Shown here in pieces: positions 27,201-32,187 of a stretch of DNA of 32,487 bases (positions within the stretch are counted from its first letter, which is position 1; each line of letters opens with the position of its first letter). The position numbers and the translations under genes were made by a program. The notes beneath the pieces were generated by a model that was given only the letters and a program-made list of their open reading frames with translations, ran no database searches and was not told the DNA's origin. The DNA comes from a virus. Its lineage: Duplodnaviria; Caudoviricetes. The stretch spans positions 1 through 32,487 of IMG/VR virus record IMGVR_UViG_3300005432_000008, one strand, 5' to 3'.

Positions 27201-28370
27201 GACAGTTTCTCCATCAGATATCGTTCCTGTGATATTTGAACATCCAAAAAACTGAGTATAGTTTTTTGAGGTGTATGATACAATTCCAGTAGTGGTATCA
27301 TTATAAGTTACAGACAATTCTCCTGCTGTTCCAAAACCAACAGTGGAGTCAACTAAGAGGACAGTTGTACCAGATCCAACTTCCCCGATTACTCTAGTTT
27401 TAGGATGGATACCAAATGCTCCACGAATCGCTCCTTGAACCTCAACGTCTCTATCATATCCACCATCAAGTCTTAGCTTGTAAAAACTTTTTGCTGTTCC
27501 TACTTGGAATATTTGTAGTTTTTCGACTGATGTAATTGGAGCATATGCTTTTACAAGACCGGCTTCAGGAAATTCATCTTGGAAAAGAGTTGCCTGGTCA
27601 AGATCTAAAGGATCTCCTTCTACAGATTCGACAACTAGATCATTGGTAACTCTAAAATCAGAGTTTGATGGTGTAAAAAGAAACTCCCTTGGTTTAACTA
27701 CTGTTACATCTCGATTATATAATGCTCTAAACAGAATTTTAAATGAGATGTCGGTTCCTCTACTCAGATAAAAATCTTTAGATTGCTTTATGAATAAGTT
27801 TTCATTCAGATTTTCAGATAAAGATCTTTCATTGAGAAGAGGTAAAAATTGATTTTTTGTTTTTACTAAAAATTCTTTTAAAAATAAATTGCTCAGATTT
27901 ATAATTTTAGAAGATGCTTTATGTTTTTCTCTATCCGATTCGGTAAATACTAAATTCTCTTGATTTGTTAATTCTTTTTGTGAAGTGATGCCAGAGAAAC
28001 CTCTAATGCAACCAGTAAAAGAGTTATCAGTTTTTTGCGTGTATGTTATAACCTCATTATCAATTTGGATTAATCCATAAGAATCTGGAAATCCATTAGT
28101 TCCTGTTCTACTACTACCAAAGTCAACATTTATAGTAGTATCATATGCAGTTATATCTGACAGCAGAACAACAGAATCTTGTAGGTTTGTTGTTTCGTCA
28201 AGTTTAATATAACGATCAATATTTTGAATCAAATCAATAGGAGCACCTTTAAATTCTAGCGCCTGATAATATGATTTTAAAAATTCAGAAATAAGTGGGA
28301 ACTCATCCCTAACATAATTGGGGAGCTGGTTCTGAACTATGTTGTTAAACTGAACTCTTTTTTCTGACAT
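15222..28370 (-). CDS. gp7: Giant baseplate wedge initiator (T4 gp7-like, 4382 aa) with many accessory domains
   Basis: Lies between gp6 and gp8. gp7-like motifs QLPNYVRDEFPLISEFLKSYY, FIKQSKDFYLSRGTDISFKILFRALY and RIQDSFYYQNFSYSLRS...HTAGFKKF. Confidence 0.82.
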   Translation of the reverse strand: MSEKRVQFNNIVQNQLPNYVRDEFPLISEFLKSYYQALEFKGAPIDLIQNIDRYIKLDETTNLQDSVVLLSDITAYDTTINVDFGSSRTGTNGFPDSYGLIQIDNEVITYTQKTDNSFTGCIRGFSGITSQKELTNQENLVFTESDREKHKASSKIINLSNLFLKEFLVKTKNQFLPLLNERSLSENLNENLFIKQSKDFYLSRGTDISFKILFRALYNRDVTVVKPREFLFTPSNSDFRVTNDLVVESVEGDPLDLDQATLFQDEFPEAGLVKAYAPITSVEKLQIFQVGTAKSFYKLRLDGGYDRDVEVQGAIRGAFGIHPKTRVIGEVGSGTTVLLVDSTVGFGTAGELSVTYNDTTTGIVSYTSKNYTQFFGCSNITGTISDGETVGINTFAYGRSFSNQNETIRVRINSVLSDFVYPSDTKNFRTGDIAQIKTLGNAKDESTFDNWFYNYSSKHLINTLSLIDSSDNSYELILNKKHFFRENDKVTVADLSGAAQAGGVVYRIGSEKSIFIKGSGSLDTSKTYSIQRNILSGDAANFPSSQQYQANIQGVFDNSENFLVASSSIPSYSGSKLNATDRSVTFSGTFLGEELTISPGAKHNFYSGDAVYYSAGITTESYIDYDGISKVREVRNQSLGSNFPDGLYYVKRLSDTSIKLAKSKNNVYNNNFVSVESSVTVSNNTLKPYVFQGKDLQSQKLVREIPKRAQHTGQLTPTEPGYTGILINGVEILNYKAPDVVYYGKIEDVEVLSSGQNFDIIDPPQLLISDSVGTGATGNIAVSGSLESIRINDPGFDYDEVPVITITGGNGSGAVAKPNMKLIDHSASFFADVASAGISTGEATSTIGFSTYHKLRNGEHVIYRTNGQAGVSGLTTDAKYFARTTDNTTITLHNNLSDVISGINTVVLTKYGEGTHSFQTVNKKSIVESISVISGGEGYENKKRSAAATSGVSTSQNCIEIRNHDYQSGEILKYTAGSTPIGGLTDGTEYYVIVLDTNKFRLTNIGLTTATKKVFYDTNQYVEFSSKGVGTHSFNYPDISVSISGQIGISSIGLETFEAELQPIFRGEITSVNLTNNGVGYGASEVLNLDRPPSVIAVSGEDAQCQAIINQGRIDEILVLNPGRQYISPPDVSIVGDGIGAVVTPILNNGVLTEVKVIESGIGYNQNTTAVNIIHPGDGEILKAKLQTWRVNLFQKYLFSLSDDDGIIETGTNEDFGMQYCHIYAPRKLRQLVYSVDGDGNQLYGKSDLEINVNTKQEAISQNHSPIIGWSYDGHPIYGPYGYSSRSGGSVTPMETGYVERATAEQRPPLTIWPSGFFINDFVYENKTSESVLDENNGRHCVTPEFPNGTYAYFATIATDEADTQSPFTNFRRPKFPYLIGENFHAKPNEFNFAKVSNQDDFKINTTNYLKNTTPYNLFDDRDVQYKYLSLPSNLNQKIEVVNAAKGGVDAVGIITGGDNYKVGDPIVFNESETGGGGVSARVSHLLGKSVDSVSVATSSIENAEIYPNGKGKCLLFANNPHQFSNADLISISGLSTTTSGIDGVHFAGISSDVFKIAGVGVATNGIGTAEFTGFITFFNLTGNLNYPNIRENDILEIGTEQVKILNVDQRLSRVRVERAINGVVGVAHTVGTAATITQRKISIPVGFKTDVDYRVNKEIYFNPVESVGLGSTGGVGIGSTIFFSNPGAGASSIVIPTKTIFIKDHGLETGDRVTYSLNGGQGIIIQDNHTAILGNNSEDFGSIGIGTRAVDGSTFFVAKIRDNLIGLATARVSLGSTGIFEGTVDSDTITTVSFLGIGTGVKHSIKTNHDVITGDVSRNTVTVSTATSHGIHIGHDIILDVNPGVTSAFNVSYDDYNRRIIIDPKSYTSTGINTDTNVITINNHGFIHGQKIIYNESVISPTEGLSNNSMYYVSIVDRNSFKLSETFENATNSIPRTIGIGSTGDGGVINPINPPLKLYKDSIVTFNLTSSTLSHEVQSTQYPSFEFNLYADSNFTNKYVGKVGNTGYDLTRTGRVGIDGTAKVTLTVNDKTPQELYYRLDPTYESGDVPAVKSEITIDNEVHEHNTLSVMDSLYNGKHKISVARPNSFGFTIAQTPEKSSYISSTSSAQITYETDCTHTEGSVTRIEVINSGKDYSSLPGITTVTTSRGTGIILEAQSNQIGKITKTRIKDIGFDFPSDKTLRPSITLPNIISIKSLKSFDFIGISSAGRGYSTAPRLLAFDGKTGQRITDVDLDYNLGDDRVTILKNTKGISNTLPTIIPINNTNGCGISTIGFNTETNQVTVELDTGFSSSDVFPVEVGDKVLIENISIGIGSTGIGYNSSDHNYKLFPVIQVDKNLGGVGATFSYSLDGLFDQSIGEFVGVFDKFNSGGRVISERHFPIFSIDLKDNEFLNGEEVKSSTSSGIVESWDRKTGTLRVSTSKNFIKGDTIEGLDSKTQGIADKVTVYDSILNTDSSSRVIKGSTTDSGFLNANMQRIQDSFYYQNFSYSLRSRIDFDTWNDVVSTTNHTAGFKKFADYQLETPSEYIEIETNSMKVGLSTELSYFSVVNDLYSIGDFNCFYDFDLASENSLNTSNSIFSDEIIFSSRILTDFFESFGNRAVEFDDFSGQFNSNPRATRFQLIDEFNVNTSRFIKYFIYFKDERFDSERQFGIVSMLQDGQIAFMNQYGRMVSVGDLADFDFKVAGTQGSLQFFPRNFAVNDYQIVSLAYHLDDNVVGLGTSIVLGNGSVDIRTNSLAIPAGAGSRTTVVSTAATTRSMKVMSLISDENGIDHQYDELNIIHDDTEVSITEFGRLVSNENSTSFTGPGFGTYFAYLDSGALKVDFIPSVGTALTCNNLKIGFGTDGISGISTDQMKHALLEGASTTISASGTPGITTVADYINEYDSAYFMVSITDTTNNTYEMREIILMDTDSNENGTGEVEVQDFGIVETDTNLPYISGLGTFGARLNGSSGGMSLTFTPEANIAVDVKVFTQALRLEDDGRDQRNFGNGLFLTNFSRYEGTENAVKKTFTLEHRSAPVFEKYFLGNDSTIVSVDANTIRIPNHFFVSGERIRYDRNGGITSSIGIGLTNIPGVGNTEFLPINTDLYAIKIGDDKIQLASSAENALKRIAVPMEIASVGVGTSHRFTATNQNSRCLLALDNLIQSPVVATSQTTGLSTNVTTVDNVIKLSGIQSYFGSDLIKMGNEIMKITAIGIGSTNSVRVKRGQLGTIIGFGATGDPITKVVGNYNITDSIVHFSEAPYGIVPIGSTTNPPDERDWEGISASSSFQGRMFMRSGAIGATTDTYHTNYIFDSVANKFDGNTSVYTLTSNGSDDISGISTGNAIILVNDILQGPGLTRDFTLGESAGITTVAFTGAASSTITDANTSGLPVGGVLLSVGSSEGFGYQPLVSAGATAKVTNVGVLTDVAIGNTGSGYRAAESYEFLVDTNEFVGIGSTEIFIPNTGSVLDLLPQLNTGTNCTIEFGRIADPYYGGTIVSSSSTFARVLQSQALSIGIPTGTQARIVVDNPPIGFVNISAASTSVGVETSIYHVGFATIINGHVSTAISVTNNSTPRFYPTKSITNVGYSSITGITTVTTSTDHGLTEGEAIQLSGIAFTCTYAPPVNVSNVGYSTVSGITTITTATAHNLLVGKGVVLTSIGMTCEYDAVNPHYYPRTTDPAYCGVPVLQVLSSTQFVVNTGPSTVPTFYKTGGTVQGAIINAPRKKNKSASGNDFASGGSSVIAVLSPTTFVVNTGTSTCAHFYNRCGKVNRPLSLFVDDPLSYTNIPLNYVGAANSGQHGTVDVVVGNGSSIIDFSINNKGIGYKEGEILTIPTGGLTGIPTTGSISDFRSFELTVQKVFTDEFTGWSIGVLQPLDDLSVLFDGVTKAFNLTLAGSQISIRAPRGSKVDVEKVLIVTVNDILQEPGKGYEFPGGSVIKFTEAPNPGDSVKIIFYKGSGDDQDVIFREIIETVKTGDTLTLGYDDVAGQSSTLQEEARTVTNVNSTDQVQTFPYFGPGNTEDETLTRRVKWCRQTEDKIINEKRVSKDRELYEPQIHPYAYIIKSVGIGSTVIYVDRARPFFNPQNENNTSVEFQKKVKFASQKVTSGAAATAVVSDTGTISSIVISDGGVGYSTATVTIGSTSHLVPHLGLTTALANPVIGVGGTIASVIINNAGTGYTNTNPPTVLISEPGYSEEENRVTDFAGDSGIIVGFGTTTTSGLTTQFVFDLHIPFTSQLRDESIVGTAVTLSGLEQGDYFIVNNSNVGSATTSIIALSPDGSTTGVGKSFVDNVYVVSRAIDVQRTIRLNSSGVGIGTTVCRRVFVNINHPKFDTSGIGTQSTSTVAGYGDYSWGKIILPERAGVNTYTSFTNNGILGITTSMRVERSVPFKFKNYIT
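17106..17672 (-). repeat. Internal duplicated modules in gp7 arranged A-A'-B'-B
   Basis: A: ITNVGYSSITGITTVTTSTDHGL...SGIAFTC and VSNVGYSTVSGITTITTATAHNL...TSIGMTC (135-nt period). B: VLQVLSSTQFVVNTGPSTVPTFYKTGGTV and VIAVLSPTTFVVNTGTSTCAHFYNRCGKV. Confidence 0.85.
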
Positions 28371-28378
28371 TTTTTATA

Positions 28379-28560
28379 TTAGTAACCTGATGAATAACCA
28401 CCGCCGCTGCCGGAAGATGAAGTAGAACTAGATGAAGGTGTGGATGTAGATGTTGGTGTAGGTGTAGATGTTCCTGAGGATGCACTACCAGATACAGAAG
28501 CAAGTGTTGTATTGCCTGTTGGTGTAGTGGTGGTGGTTGTTGTAGAAACTGGAACGCTAC
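28379..28560 (-). repeat. Low-complexity Ser/Thr/Gly/Pro C-terminal tail of gp6
   Basis: SVPVSTTTTTTTPTGNTTLASVSGSASSGTSTPTPTSTSTPSSSSTSSSGSGGGYSSGY. Confidence 0.9.
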
Positions 28561-30493
28561 CTCTACCACCAGGACGTACTAAGACGCCATTTGCATAACT
28601 CGAAGATACAATATAGTTAGACGCTGAAGGATCGACTCCAGAAGCGATTTCATCAGGCACAGTCTCAAAGGTGCTATTTGCAACATCTAATTGTAGATAT
28701 AAATCTTGCAATCCAATTACATCATTTGAAACAGGAGTGCCTGAAATTTCAATAATTGTTTGACCTGTTCTCTGTAAGCCAGATAAAACATTTATCGGAT
28801 TCAACGTCAATATACCTCTCTTGTAATTAATTGTTCCAATGTTCCTTCTAATTACAGTAGGACTTGATGAATTTATAGACGGGACAGAGAATAAGAATAA
28901 TTCACCCGTTTCTCTATCCGAATTAGGTACATCTGAAATATAGACATCGGATGCAATACCATCAACTCTAAATGCAGAAGTTTTGATATTATATCCGCTC
29001 ATTCTTTTAATATAGAAAGAGTTTCCAAAACCAATTTGATATTCAACTAAAGAGTTGAGTGATACTCTCAAATCACGTCTCATCTGAATAGTTGTAATAT
29101 TAGATGTGACTGATTCATGACTATCGTCAATTACTTTCAAAAATTTACTATACTTGAACCTTGCGCCATACTTATTTAACTCAGTTGATTCAGCGTATCT
29201 TGTAATGTTATTTTGAATTAATGTTGAGACTAATTCAGCTGTGTTTGTGAGATTTGTGTTATAATAAATTTTACTATTACTCTCAAGATACAAATATTTA
29301 AGATCAAGTATTTCCGGTACAATACCAGCAACAGAATACTTCTTCAGATTCATCTTTATATTTTCTTTGATCAAGTTTGGCAAATAATCACCAAAAGTTG
29401 GTTTAATACTAATAAAAACTTTTCCATATTGAGGGGGAACTAATTCTTCGCCACCAAAAACTGAAATGGATTCTGTTTCAGGGTAAATTTTTGCTGGAAT
29501 TAATGTTTCATAGTCATTAGAAGTTAATGCTCTATTTTGGGTGGCATATATTCTTGGTGCAAACTTTTTAATTGACTCTACTGTTTCGATATTCTCACCA
29601 CCAGAAGAAATAAGTCCTGTAGAAAGAGGTGATATACCAGAAGTTACATTATATTCAACCGCATTCCTGTTATATACCAATCTACCGGCAAAATTGAAGT
29701 CTGAGATGCCATTTGCAGAATCACCAGTACTTACAATATAGTTTGCAGTAATATAATTACCTTCTTCAAGTGCTTTTCCAAAAACACCGTCTCCAAAAAT
29801 TAGTTCATACCTCTCATCTGAGATTTCTTGCAGATAATATACTTTTGATTCTGGATTGATATCAAAAAGACTATCTTGAAGAGCATATTTAGCTCCCGTC
29901 AGATTAAACTGATTATTTCTAACTGTAACACGAATTAAATCCGTATCAATACCGGAATTTGGTAAAATATACTTTTGATTTAATTCTCTAGTAGATTTTG
30001 TGAAATTTGATTCTAAAAGAACACCCTCATGAATGATTAAATCATCAAAAGTTGCAATACCATTAAATGCTGGAACTGTAGTATCCTCTAAAATGGAAAA
30101 TATAAAAGATTGTCCTGCAAAAGATCCTGATGATGATGCAACAACACCTTTTTTTAGTGTAATTGTCGATGGTGCTGGAGATACATCCGAAACATCAACA
30201 CTAAAACTAACAGATGCTGATGCAGACTTCCGAGATCTAGGAATATATCCAATATTTCTTGCAAGTGCAACAACATTTTCTCTTAAAGTTGCACTATCAA
30301 TAAAAACCTCATTTGCAACCATGTTTGCATTATATGAGGTAATATATGTGTTATAGGCTAAAAGATCTAGAATCGTTGAAAGGTTTGATCCCTCAAAATC
30401 ATAATCCGTAAAGTTGGAATTTGACTTTAGATATTCTCTAAGTGATGTTTTGATCTGGTCAAAGTCCAGATTAGCGAAATTTACTAATGGCAT
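28379..30493 (-). CDS. gp6: Baseplate wedge subunit (T4 gp6-like)
   Basis: LDFDQIKTSLREYL, FTDYDFEGSNLSTILDLLAYNTY, EVFIDSATLRENVVALARNIGY, YELIFGDGVFGK and TQNRALTSNDY. Confidence 0.95.
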   Translation of the reverse strand: MPLVNFANLDFDQIKTSLREYLKSNSNFTDYDFEGSNLSTILDLLAYNTYITSYNANMVANEVFIDSATLRENVVALARNIGYIPRSRKSASASVSFSVDVSDVSPAPSTITLKKGVVASSSGSFAGQSFIFSILEDTTVPAFNGIATFDDLIIHEGVLLESNFTKSTRELNQKYILPNSGIDTDLIRVTVRNNQFNLTGAKYALQDSLFDINPESKVYYLQEISDERYELIFGDGVFGKALEEGNYITANYIVSTGDSANGISDFNFAGRLVYNRNAVEYNVTSGISPLSTGLISSGGENIETVESIKKFAPRIYATQNRALTSNDYETLIPAKIYPETESISVFGGEELVPPQYGKVFISIKPTFGDYLPNLIKENIKMNLKKYSVAGIVPEILDLKYLYLESNSKIYYNTNLTNTAELVSTLIQNNITRYAESTELNKYGARFKYSKFLKVIDDSHESVTSNITTIQMRRDLRVSLNSLVEYQIGFGNSFYIKRMSGYNIKTSAFRVDGIASDVYISDVPNSDRETGELFLFSVPSINSSSPTVIRRNIGTINYKRGILTLNPINVLSGLQRTGQTIIEISGTPVSNDVIGLQDLYLQLDVANSTFETVPDEIASGVDPSASNYIVSSSYANGVLVRPGGRGSVPVSTTTTTTTPTGNTTLASVSGSASSGTSTPTPTSTSTPSSSSTSSSGSGGGYSSGY

Positions 30494-30494
30494 G

Positions 30495-30896
30495 TTACCT
30501 TGTTGGTTGCAAGACGAATTCTAATTGCTGTGGCGGTATATCCGCACCTATAATGTCATATACAATTTTTACATCAAAACCATTACCCTCAAAATCGGGT
30601 GTTGTCTTCACTAATCGTAAATTTACCCTTGGTTCAAATCTAGTAATTGAAGATTCGATCTCATCTCTGATGTTGGATGCGGTTAATTCATCAAGATTGT
30701 CAAATAACAACCTCGATACTCTTGAACCAAAATCTTCATTAAAAGGTTTTTCGCCGGGAAAGGTAAAAACTATGTTTTTAACAGAACGGGCAATCGCATT
30801 TGCATTTTTAAGCAAGATTAAATCATCATTCAAGGGATTTTTCTTGAATGACATACTTACATCTCTAAAACCTTGACTTACCCTTTCTAAAGGCAC
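30495..30896 (-). CDS. gp25: Baseplate wedge subunit (T4 gp25-like, GPW/gp25 family)
   Basis: 133 aa, GTG start. AIARSVKNIVFTFPGEKPFNEDFGS and ITRFEPRV motifs. Immediately upstream of gp6. Confidence 0.93.
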   Translation of the reverse strand: MPLERVSQGFRDVSMSFKKNPLNDDLILLKNANAIARSVKNIVFTFPGEKPFNEDFGSRVSRLLFDNLDELTASNIRDEIESSITRFEPRVNLRLVKTTPDFEGNGFDVKIVYDIIGADIPPQQLEFVLQPTR

Positions 30897-30916
30897 AATA
30901 ATACGGCAAATATAAC

Positions 30917-31075
30917 TTATTTATCAACTAATTTACCAATTATATTTTCATATTTTTTGATTAATCGTTCAACTTGCTTTTTATTTGTGCCAATAGGAGC
31001 ATTTTTAAGTGAAATTAGGATGCATTCATTATCACTAATCATATCACGTTGCCACCACCCATTCTTATCAATCAT
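30917..31075 (-). CDS. Hypothetical 52-aa protein (MIDKNGWWQRDMISDNECILISLKNAPIGTNKKQVERLIKKYENIIGKLVDK)
   Basis: Translated by hand. GAGG SD just upstream, start 2 nt from the previous stop, fills the gap to gp25. Confidence 0.7.
   Translation of the reverse strand: MIDKNGWWQRDMISDNECILISLKNAPIGTNKKQVERLIKKYENIIGKLVDK
30918..30925 (-). promoter_or_regulatory. Late promoter box (GATAAATA) upstream of gp25
   Basis: About 22 nt upstream of the gp25 GTG, overlapping the stop of the upstream small ORF. Confidence 0.65.
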
Positions 31076-31076
31076 T

Positions 31077-31241
31077 TTAGTCCTCAATTAGGATTGATTT
31101 TTGAGTTGCGGGGTCCCAAATCTCTGATTCTTTGACTTTATCAGTTTTTTTGGGTGTTAACTCATCATTTGAGATCTCACGAAGCATTTTTTCGTGTTGG
31201 TGTGCAGCTAAATTGTCTAAAAAGTCATTACTTGGTGCCAT
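31077..31241 (-). CDS. Hypothetical 54-aa protein (MAPSNDFLDNLAAHQHEKMLREISNDELTPKK...)
   Basis: Start reassigned to the ATG at 31241, which follows GAGGAAG and overlaps the upstream gene by 14 nt, instead of 31337. Confidence 0.7.
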   Translation of the reverse strand: MAPSNDFLDNLAAHQHEKMLREISNDELTPKKTDKVKESEIWDPATQKSILIED

Positions 31242-31911
31242 TTTCTTCCTCTTCGGATAAATTTTCGCGTTCTTTTGCTGTTTTCCAGAAATATTCGTCC
31301 TCACGACCCATTCCAAGTCGCTCAAAACCATTTTCAACTTGATAATATTGAGTTGAAACTTTAAAATCTGGCATTTTTGGTTCGACCGGAGTCAAACTAT
31401 TGTCATAGATGCGTATTCTATTGTTAGGATACAGTGCATATTGACCATTTTCAAGTTCAATCAAGTTATGTGACTTGTGTTCAGCTGGATTTTCACTTGT
31501 TGCATAGTCAACTACCTCAGGATCTTGATGATAGTTGTCTATTGTACAGATATATGTTCCTTTTTGAATACCATAGTCCCGTGTATACAGTTCATAATCC
31601 ATAGAACCAATGAATTGCTTAGTAACCGATACAACGCCGTAATCCATACAATTCCAGAATTGTAGGTTAGGTAGGTTCATATCAGGTTCAGGCGTCTCAG
31701 GGGCGCTTACAAACGCACTGATAGGCAATTTATCGTACATTGCTGCATACTCTGGTAAGTATGTCTCAAAATAAAAAGTGCGGCCAGGAATCGATTTACA
31801 TGATACCCAAACACCTTTGACAAATTCTCCATGTCCAGACTGATGATCTGTAAGGTATTCTTTACGAACCCATACCTCCACCGAGGGGAGGTTACAAATA
31901 AGAGCAGGCAT
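31228..31911 (-). CDS. Hypothetical phage protein (227 aa)
   Basis: Long ORF with globular composition (VWVRKEYL, YDKLPISAF, LQFWNC, EHKSHN, GQYALYPNNRI). Resembles a family I recall upstream of gp25 in cyanomyoviruses; function unknown. Confidence 0.85.
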   Translation of the reverse strand: MPALICNLPSVEVWVRKEYLTDHQSGHGEFVKGVWVSCKSIPGRTFYFETYLPEYAAMYDKLPISAFVSAPETPEPDMNLPNLQFWNCMDYGVVSVTKQFIGSMDYELYTRDYGIQKGTYICTIDNYHQDPEVVDYATSENPAEHKSHNLIELENGQYALYPNNRIRIYDNSLTPVEPKMPDFKVSTQYYQVENGFERLGMGREDEYFWKTAKERENLSEEEENGTK

Positions 31912-31943
31912 ACTAATATAATCAATTAATATATCTATACAGT

Positions 31944-31974
31944 AAAAATGCCTCTAGAGCATTCCTAGAAGCAT
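31944..31974 (-). terminator. Rho-independent terminator candidate
   Basis: Minus strand reads ATGCTTCTAG-GAATGCT-CTAGAGGCAT-TTTT: a 10-bp stem with one G-U pair, 7-nt loop and U-tract. Confidence 0.65.
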
Positions 31975-32082
31975 AATTAAAAAACAAATTATTGTGAATA
32001 CCATGAGGGATAACCCCATGGTATATACCCATAGTGGAATCTTATCCTCTTCCTTGACCACGATACTTTTTCTTACGTCCAT
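31954..32082 (-). CDS. Possible 42-aa single-pass membrane peptide (MDVRKSIVVKEEDKIPLWVYTMGLSLMVFTIICFLIMLLGML)
   Basis: Translated by hand. C-terminal ~27 aa are uncharged and hydrophobic. Overlaps the upstream ORF by 41 nt and spans two hairpins, so it is uncertain. Confidence 0.4.
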   Translation of the reverse strand: MDVRKSIVVKEEDKIPLWVYTMGLSLMVFTIICFLIMLLGML

Positions 32083-32176
32083 TGCGAGAAGTCGCGGATA
32101 ACAAACTATACTGCGAGTTTCCTTGCCGAGTTTTCTTTGGCTTACCTTTAACGTAAGTGCCGCCTTTCATCATCAT
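32042..32176 (-). CDS. 44-aa highly basic protein (MMMKGGTYVKGKPKKTRQGNSQYSLLSATSRNGRKKKYRGQGRG)
   Basis: Translated by hand. Strong GAGGT SD overlapping the upstream stop. K/R/G-rich with no acidic residues. Confidence 0.8.
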   Translation of the reverse strand: MMMKGGTYVKGKPKKTRQGNSQYSLLSATSRNGRKKKYRGQGRG

Positions 32177-32187
32177 AATTCAGTACC

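Noticed and set aside
1860-28370. Diversity-generating retroelement or CRISPR-like explanation for the repeats
   Set aside because: The repeats are degenerate and at protein level. I saw no near-identical DNA pair differing only at adenines, no repeat-spacer array, and no reverse transcriptase or cas gene in the window.
1562-28370. Inteins, introns or homing endonucleases as the cause of the oversized gp14 and gp7
   Set aside because: The reading frames are continuous, and I recognised no intein splice motifs or LAGLIDADG, HNH or GIY-YIG signatures. The extra length consists of structural repeat modules.
28345-28569. 74-aa His/Leu/Gln-rich minus-strand ORF
   Set aside because: It is an alternative-frame reading of the low-complexity gp6 tail and also overlaps the gp7 start.
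31242-31337. Longer 86-aa version of the ORF ending at 31077
   Set aside because: The extension overlaps the 227-aa gene by about 110 nt. The ATG at 31241 has a better SD and a typical short overlap.
1031-31665. Plus-strand ORFs in the track (for example 1031-1375, 2127-2630, 15712-16110, 30033-30356, 30487-30876)
   Set aside because: They are antisense shadows of well-supported minus-strand genes, expected from codon bias in Gly/Thr/Val-rich proteins. None shows a recognisable motif.
2611-31925. Short same-strand alternative-frame ORFs inside large genes (2611-2811, 6802-6987, 8410-8592, 9496-9723, 18536-18724, 21908-22195, 31707-31925)
   Set aside because: Their Leu/Gln-rich composition is typical of off-frame translation, and I saw no independent support.
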